Shown: piece after piece, positions 54,400-57,914 of the stretch
Position numbering within the stretch: position 1 is the stretch's first letter
Layout of the letters: the number at the start of each line of letters is the position of its first letter
Origin: an uncultured Gammaproteobacteria bacterium
GTDB lineage: Bacteria > Patescibacteriota > Patescibacteriia > Magasanikbacterales > UBA10003
Direction of reading: 5' to 3'
Assembly: GCA_964596405.1 (NCBI GenBank)
Contig: CAZQSS010000001.1
Span: 23,020 to 80,933, forward strand
Length of the DNA: 57,914 nucleotides
Notes under the pieces: model-generated
The model's database searches: none
The model's input: the letters and a program-made list of their open reading frames with translations, nothing else
What the model was told of the DNA's origin: nothing
Position numbers and translations under genes: made by a program

Positions 54400-54903
54400 T
54401 TACTTACGTTTACTCTTGGTTTTTTTGGCGGACATTTTTACCTTCTTAATAATTTCTTTCATATCCAGCTGCTTCACTTTGGATGCCTCCACCGGCCCAG
54501 TCACGCCCAATAAAGATATAATCCTGTCTAGCTTAGCGTTTAACGAATCAAATTGCGCCTTAGTTACCGTGCCGCCTGGGGTGAAGCTGACATTGCTGCC
54601 GCCCGAGTTGCCGCCGCCAAAATTACCGCCGCGATTATCGTTACCAAAACTCTTGGGCGCAAACTTGGGGCCGGCGCCGGCATTGCCTTGATTTTTAAAA
54701 CAGTTACTGCAAAAAACCGGCCGCTCACTGGTTGGTTTAAAAGGTACTTCACAGCTTTGCCCACACTTGCTACAGGTCGCCTGAAACATCGGCCGAGGAC
54801 CGCCGCCGTGGCCACCGAATTTGTGCCCACCGCCGAAGTTGCCGCCGCCACTACCAAAACTTCTGCCGCCCCGACGTTTTTCAAACTTGTTAAAATCTCC
54901 CAT
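54400..54903 (-). CDS. Gly-rich CxxC-x17-CxxC zinc-finger protein
   Basis: 167 aa with CSKC, 17 intervening residues, then CSNC. The finger is flanked by GGGNFGGG repeats, and the C-terminus is basic. Confidence 0.7.
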   Translation of the reverse strand: MGDFNKFEKRRGGRSFGSGGGNFGGGHKFGGHGGGPRPMFQATCSKCGQSCEVPFKPTSERPVFCSNCFKNQGNAGAGPKFAPKSFGNDNRGGNFGGGNSGGSNVSFTPGGTVTKAQFDSLNAKLDRIISLLGVTGPVEASKVKQLDMKEIIKKVKMSAKKTKSKRK

Positions 54904-54978
54904 ATTTTTAACTTTAAAATTAGATTATAATAACAGCATACCACCTTAAGCCTTTTTAATCAACAAAAAAACTCAACA

Positions 54979-55431
54979 CTACTCGTCTCTTGGGCTTCGT
55001 CTTCTTGTTTTAATTTTTGATCTTTGTTTTTTAAATTCAATCCGCCGGAATTTAGAGGCCTTGGTTGGGCGGGTGGGACGACGTTTCTTCGGAGCCTGAA
55101 TAGCCACGGCCACCAGCGCCCGGAGCCTGGCCGTCGCTCGCGCGCGGTTTTGCGGCTGGGAACGCTCTTCTTCGGAGCTCACCACCACTTCATCGTTATT
55201 ATTTATTCTATTTACAAGTTTTGCCCGCACCCTCCCCTTCTCTTCCGCGGATAAAACTCGCGACCTCCCCACCGACCAATGAATAATGGCTTTGGTGGAT
55301 GTTTTGTTTACGTTTTGCCCGCCGGCGCCGGATGATCTGGCAAAACTAACACGGAACTCACTTTCGGGGATATGACTTTGGCGGTTTGTTTTTTGAGACA
55401 TGCCTTGGCGTCCCTCCGAGGTCGAGTTCAT
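54979..55431 (-). CDS. arfB: Alternative ribosome-rescue factor ArfB (GGQ peptidyl-tRNA hydrolase)
   Basis: 150 aa with SGAGGQNVNK and a basic C-terminal tail. The ATG at 55431 forms an ATGA overlap with the upstream stop. Confidence 0.85.
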   Translation of the reverse strand: MNSTSEGRQGMSQKTNRQSHIPESEFRVSFARSSGAGGQNVNKTSTKAIIHWSVGRSRVLSAEEKGRVRAKLVNRINNNDEVVVSSEEERSQPQNRARATARLRALVAVAIQAPKKRRPTRPTKASKFRRIEFKKQRSKIKTRRRSPRDE

Positions 55432-55994
55432 AAAATCTGTTTTCTGACTTGTTTAGCGATTTGTTTATAATTCGGTACGGCCCGGCTTACCAAATTCCAA
55501 AAATTGCGCGAGTGATTAAACTCACCTAAATGGCACAGCTCGTGCGCGACAATGTATTCGGCCAGGTGTTCCGGCAAAAATATTATTTTGTAATTAAAAT
55601 TTAAATTTTTCTTTATAGAGCAACTACCCCAGCGGGTTTTGTGATTTTTGATAAAAATCTTGCCAAAAGAAAAATTGTATATCTCGTTTATTTTCCCCAC
55701 TTTCACCCGCACAAATTCACGCGCCTGCTCGCGATATTTTTTATATTCCCGCCGGCCGCCGCAATGTGTCCGCAAGGGTATGCCGGCTCGCAGAAAATAG
55801 TCTATCTTGCCCAGCAACCAGTTTGCTTTATCTTTCAAAAATCGTTCAATTTTATATTCGCCAAACCAAACCGGCGCGGTCACGACCACACTGGCATCGC
55901 AATACACCGCCACCCGCAAACGACGCGCCCGCGCGCTTTTTTTCACCGTGTACTCAACCTCGCGGTCGCGCAACACTGTTTTCTGTTTGATCAT
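55428..55994 (-). CDS. YgjP-like (DUF45/M48-type) metal-dependent hydrolase
   Basis: 188 aa with the HELCHL zinc motif, and RWGSC upstream of it. Confidence 0.8.
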   Translation of the reverse strand: MIKQKTVLRDREVEYTVKKSARARRLRVAVYCDASVVVTAPVWFGEYKIERFLKDKANWLLGKIDYFLRAGIPLRTHCGGRREYKKYREQAREFVRVKVGKINEIYNFSFGKIFIKNHKTRWGSCSIKKNLNFNYKIIFLPEHLAEYIVAHELCHLGEFNHSRNFWNLVSRAVPNYKQIAKQVRKQIL

Positions 55995-56015
55995 ATTTTA
56001 TCCCCGACCCCTAAC

Positions 56016-56363
56016 TTACAATTTATTGTATTTTGTATGTTTGCCTTTGGCTTTTTCTACGGGATACTTGATTTCGTTCTTTTTAATTTTTTTATCCAAA
56101 GCATCAAGAATATCAATATCAAGATCATGGCTCATGAGCAAAACCCAATTAAGAACGTCGGCTAATTCTTCGCCAATATGCTCTTTGTGGGTTTTAATAT
56201 ATCCTTCAATTTCTTTCTGACTCTTCCATTGAAAATGCTCCAACACCTCGGCGGCTTCTAACGCCAGTGAAATGGCGCAATCTTTGGGATTGTGAAACTG
56301 CTTCCAGTCGCGGGCATCGCGAAAAATCAGTATCTTTTTGGATAATTCTCGCCAGGTTGGCAT
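56016..56363 (-). CDS. MazG-like nucleotide pyrophosphohydrolase
   Basis: 115 aa with the EAAEVLEHFQW and EELADVL acidic helix motifs. Confidence 0.8.
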   Translation of the reverse strand: MPTWRELSKKILIFRDARDWKQFHNPKDCAISLALEAAEVLEHFQWKSQKEIEGYIKTHKEHIGEELADVLNWVLLMSHDLDIDILDALDKKIKKNEIKYPVEKAKGKHTKYNKL

Positions 56364-56382
56364 AATTTGTCTATTTAAAGCG

Positions 56383-57891
56383 TTACTTCGTCGTAAAAAA
56401 ACGGTACCAAGGAAGACGTTCTACCAAGATGTTGCCATTTTCGGCGTCCGCGGTAATGGTTTTTGAAATGTTAAAAGGAATGAAACCGAACAATTTTCGC
56501 TGTTCCCCGATTTTCATACTGTAAACCGCTTTTGCGTTTTCTTCTTTTAACTCAATGGTTTTCGGCGCCAGACCAAGCTTCTCCGTCACTTCGCTGGCCG
56601 ACATTTTCACTTCAACACCACCCACACTTAACACGTTTTCTTTAATCACAACTTCGTTTGTGCTCACTTCCAATCCTTTATCCCGAATAAGTACCTGACT
56701 TACCGTGGGCTCAATGCTCACCGGCCTGTCTCCCACGTTGACAAGCATTTTCTTTTCCGTGGTTTTCACGGATATTTCATCAGCTTTGATTTCTCCCCGG
56801 CTGACTTTTACTTCTTTCACCAAAGTATTCAGTTCGCTCACTTCCAGCTCTTTTCTGCTTTTTATGAGATTGGAAATAAGCCCGTTTATTTCGTCCCTTA
56901 ATGTTTTAAGTTCTTCTATCTGTTTTTCTTCATCTTTGGCGGAGACGGCTTTTTCAAGTTTGGCTTTATAATAAACGCTGATCTCTTGTCCAGACCCAAC
57001 AACCACTGGCTTGACTGTTTCCGTGACGAAAGTCGAATCTGTTGTCGCGGTCGGCGGCGCGGCCACCGTTCCTGTTTGGATGCCGCACTGCGTTTTTACT
57101 TTTTCAAGACCGACTGCGAGGTCTTGCAAAATTTTCTCAACATTTTCTCGCGAAAAACCTTCTTTTTTCAAATCGGCGTCGGTCAAGTCGTTAAGTTTTT
57201 TATAATAACTGATTTTATTTTCCCACTGCCCGACCTCGCCACAACGATCCGTAGACACAGCCACCGGTTTATTTTCTATGACTGTCGGCGGAACCGCGGG
57301 TATCGGTCGTGAAGTTGCCGTTGGCAATGGTCGCGAAGTATTAGCGCACTCTTTTTGTTGTTTTTCAATTTCCTGCTTCAACGCGACTATTTTTTGGGTT
57401 ATTTCTTCCGTTCTTGTTTTATCCGATTCCGCTTTTTGTAATTCAACAATAAGGCGGCTGTATTCCTGCATTAAATTGTCGCTCATATAGCACACGGAGA
57501 TTGGTTTTGGCGCCGATGTCGGTACCGACAAGAGCGGAGGTTTTGGAGCGATGTTCGGTTCTTTTCCGGTTGAACAGCGATTTACACATATCTCTTTCGC
57601 GTATTGTTGCCAAGTTTCGGAAGATTTGCAAGAAGTCGCGTCCCCCAAAGTAATTTCATAACCATCGTGACATTGAACATAAGCGCTTTTGAACGCGCCG
57701 ACACCGCAATCATTGTTAACGGCAAAAGTATTCACTCCGCATTTTATAAGCATTGGGGCAACAGCCGTTGTCGGCGAAGGAATAACATTAACGAAAGAGG
57801 GCTCAACTTGAGCATTTGAAGTCTGTGCTAACCCAGCGGCTGGAAACATCGCCAAGCCAACCATAAACAAAATTATTATTGTACTTCTCAT
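56383..57891 (-). CDS. Secreted protein of unknown function (Cys-rich N-domain, coiled-coil middle)
   Basis: 502 aa with the signal peptide MRSTIIILFMVGLAMFPAAGLA. I recognise no enzymatic motif. Confidence 0.55.
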   Translation of the reverse strand: MRSTIIILFMVGLAMFPAAGLAQTSNAQVEPSFVNVIPSPTTAVAPMLIKCGVNTFAVNNDCGVGAFKSAYVQCHDGYEITLGDATSCKSSETWQQYAKEICVNRCSTGKEPNIAPKPPLLSVPTSAPKPISVCYMSDNLMQEYSRLIVELQKAESDKTRTEEITQKIVALKQEIEKQQKECANTSRPLPTATSRPIPAVPPTVIENKPVAVSTDRCGEVGQWENKISYYKKLNDLTDADLKKEGFSRENVEKILQDLAVGLEKVKTQCGIQTGTVAAPPTATTDSTFVTETVKPVVVGSGQEISVYYKAKLEKAVSAKDEEKQIEELKTLRDEINGLISNLIKSRKELEVSELNTLVKEVKVSRGEIKADEISVKTTEKKMLVNVGDRPVSIEPTVSQVLIRDKGLEVSTNEVVIKENVLSVGGVEVKMSASEVTEKLGLAPKTIELKEENAKAVYSMKIGEQRKLFGFIPFNISKTITADAENGNILVERLPWYRFFTTK

Positions 57892-57914
57892 ATTGTCGTA
57901 TGTTTAAAAATTAA

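Noticed and set aside
54553-54944. Alternative-frame and opposite-strand ORFs across the Gly-rich zinc-finger gene.
   Set aside because: The low-complexity GGN repeats keep several frames open. Only the 54400-54903 frame contains the exact CxxC-x17-CxxC pattern.

Overview
A compact, gene-dense bacterial chromosome segment with about 67 protein genes. Reading by eye I found no rRNA, tRNA, CRISPR array or transposase. Coding switches strand three times: + for 2-9859, - for 10123-42790, + for 43022-43765, and - for 43818-57891. Most of the content is housekeeping: mreB-mreC-mreD-PBP2, greA, lysS, serS, alr, an FtsQ-like gene, an M23 peptidase, gltX, a complete F1Fo ATP synthase operon (atpI-like, then B-E-F-H-A-G-D-C), tatD, metG, rsmI, nifS/nifU, add, an ABC-F ATPase, a DEAD-box helicase, a Pif1-like helicase and arfB. 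The small genes, many tiny membrane proteins and overall gene content suggest a reduced-genome lineage such as CPR/Patescibacteria, but this is inference only. The best candidate for a new system is a self-contained four-gene operon at about 24.9-29.1 kb on the minus strand, bounded by its own promoter and terminator. It encodes a GHKL ATPase fused to a PEP-utilizer swivel phosphohistidine domain, an unrecognisable roughly 370-aa protein, a histidine-phosphatase-like protein, and a stand-alone PPDK_N ATP-grasp domain. Together these look like a disassembled dikinase-type phosphotransfer machine attached to a second ATPase fold. The second notable layer is a dense set of intergenic RNA-like repeat modules. 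Two families of long-stem elements (five copies) show G-U wobbles only on the sense strand and compensatory changes in an inner hairpin, and several end exactly on the downstream start codon. There is also a repeated TCTGTG stop-to-start spacer module, palindromes flanking two ArsR genes, terminator-plus-promoter cassettes, and several short tandem repeats. Short repeats are also inserted in frame within three enzymes: a TagA-Nudix fusion, an M14-like peptidase and NifS. All functional calls come from motifs read directly from the translations, and no database search was run.
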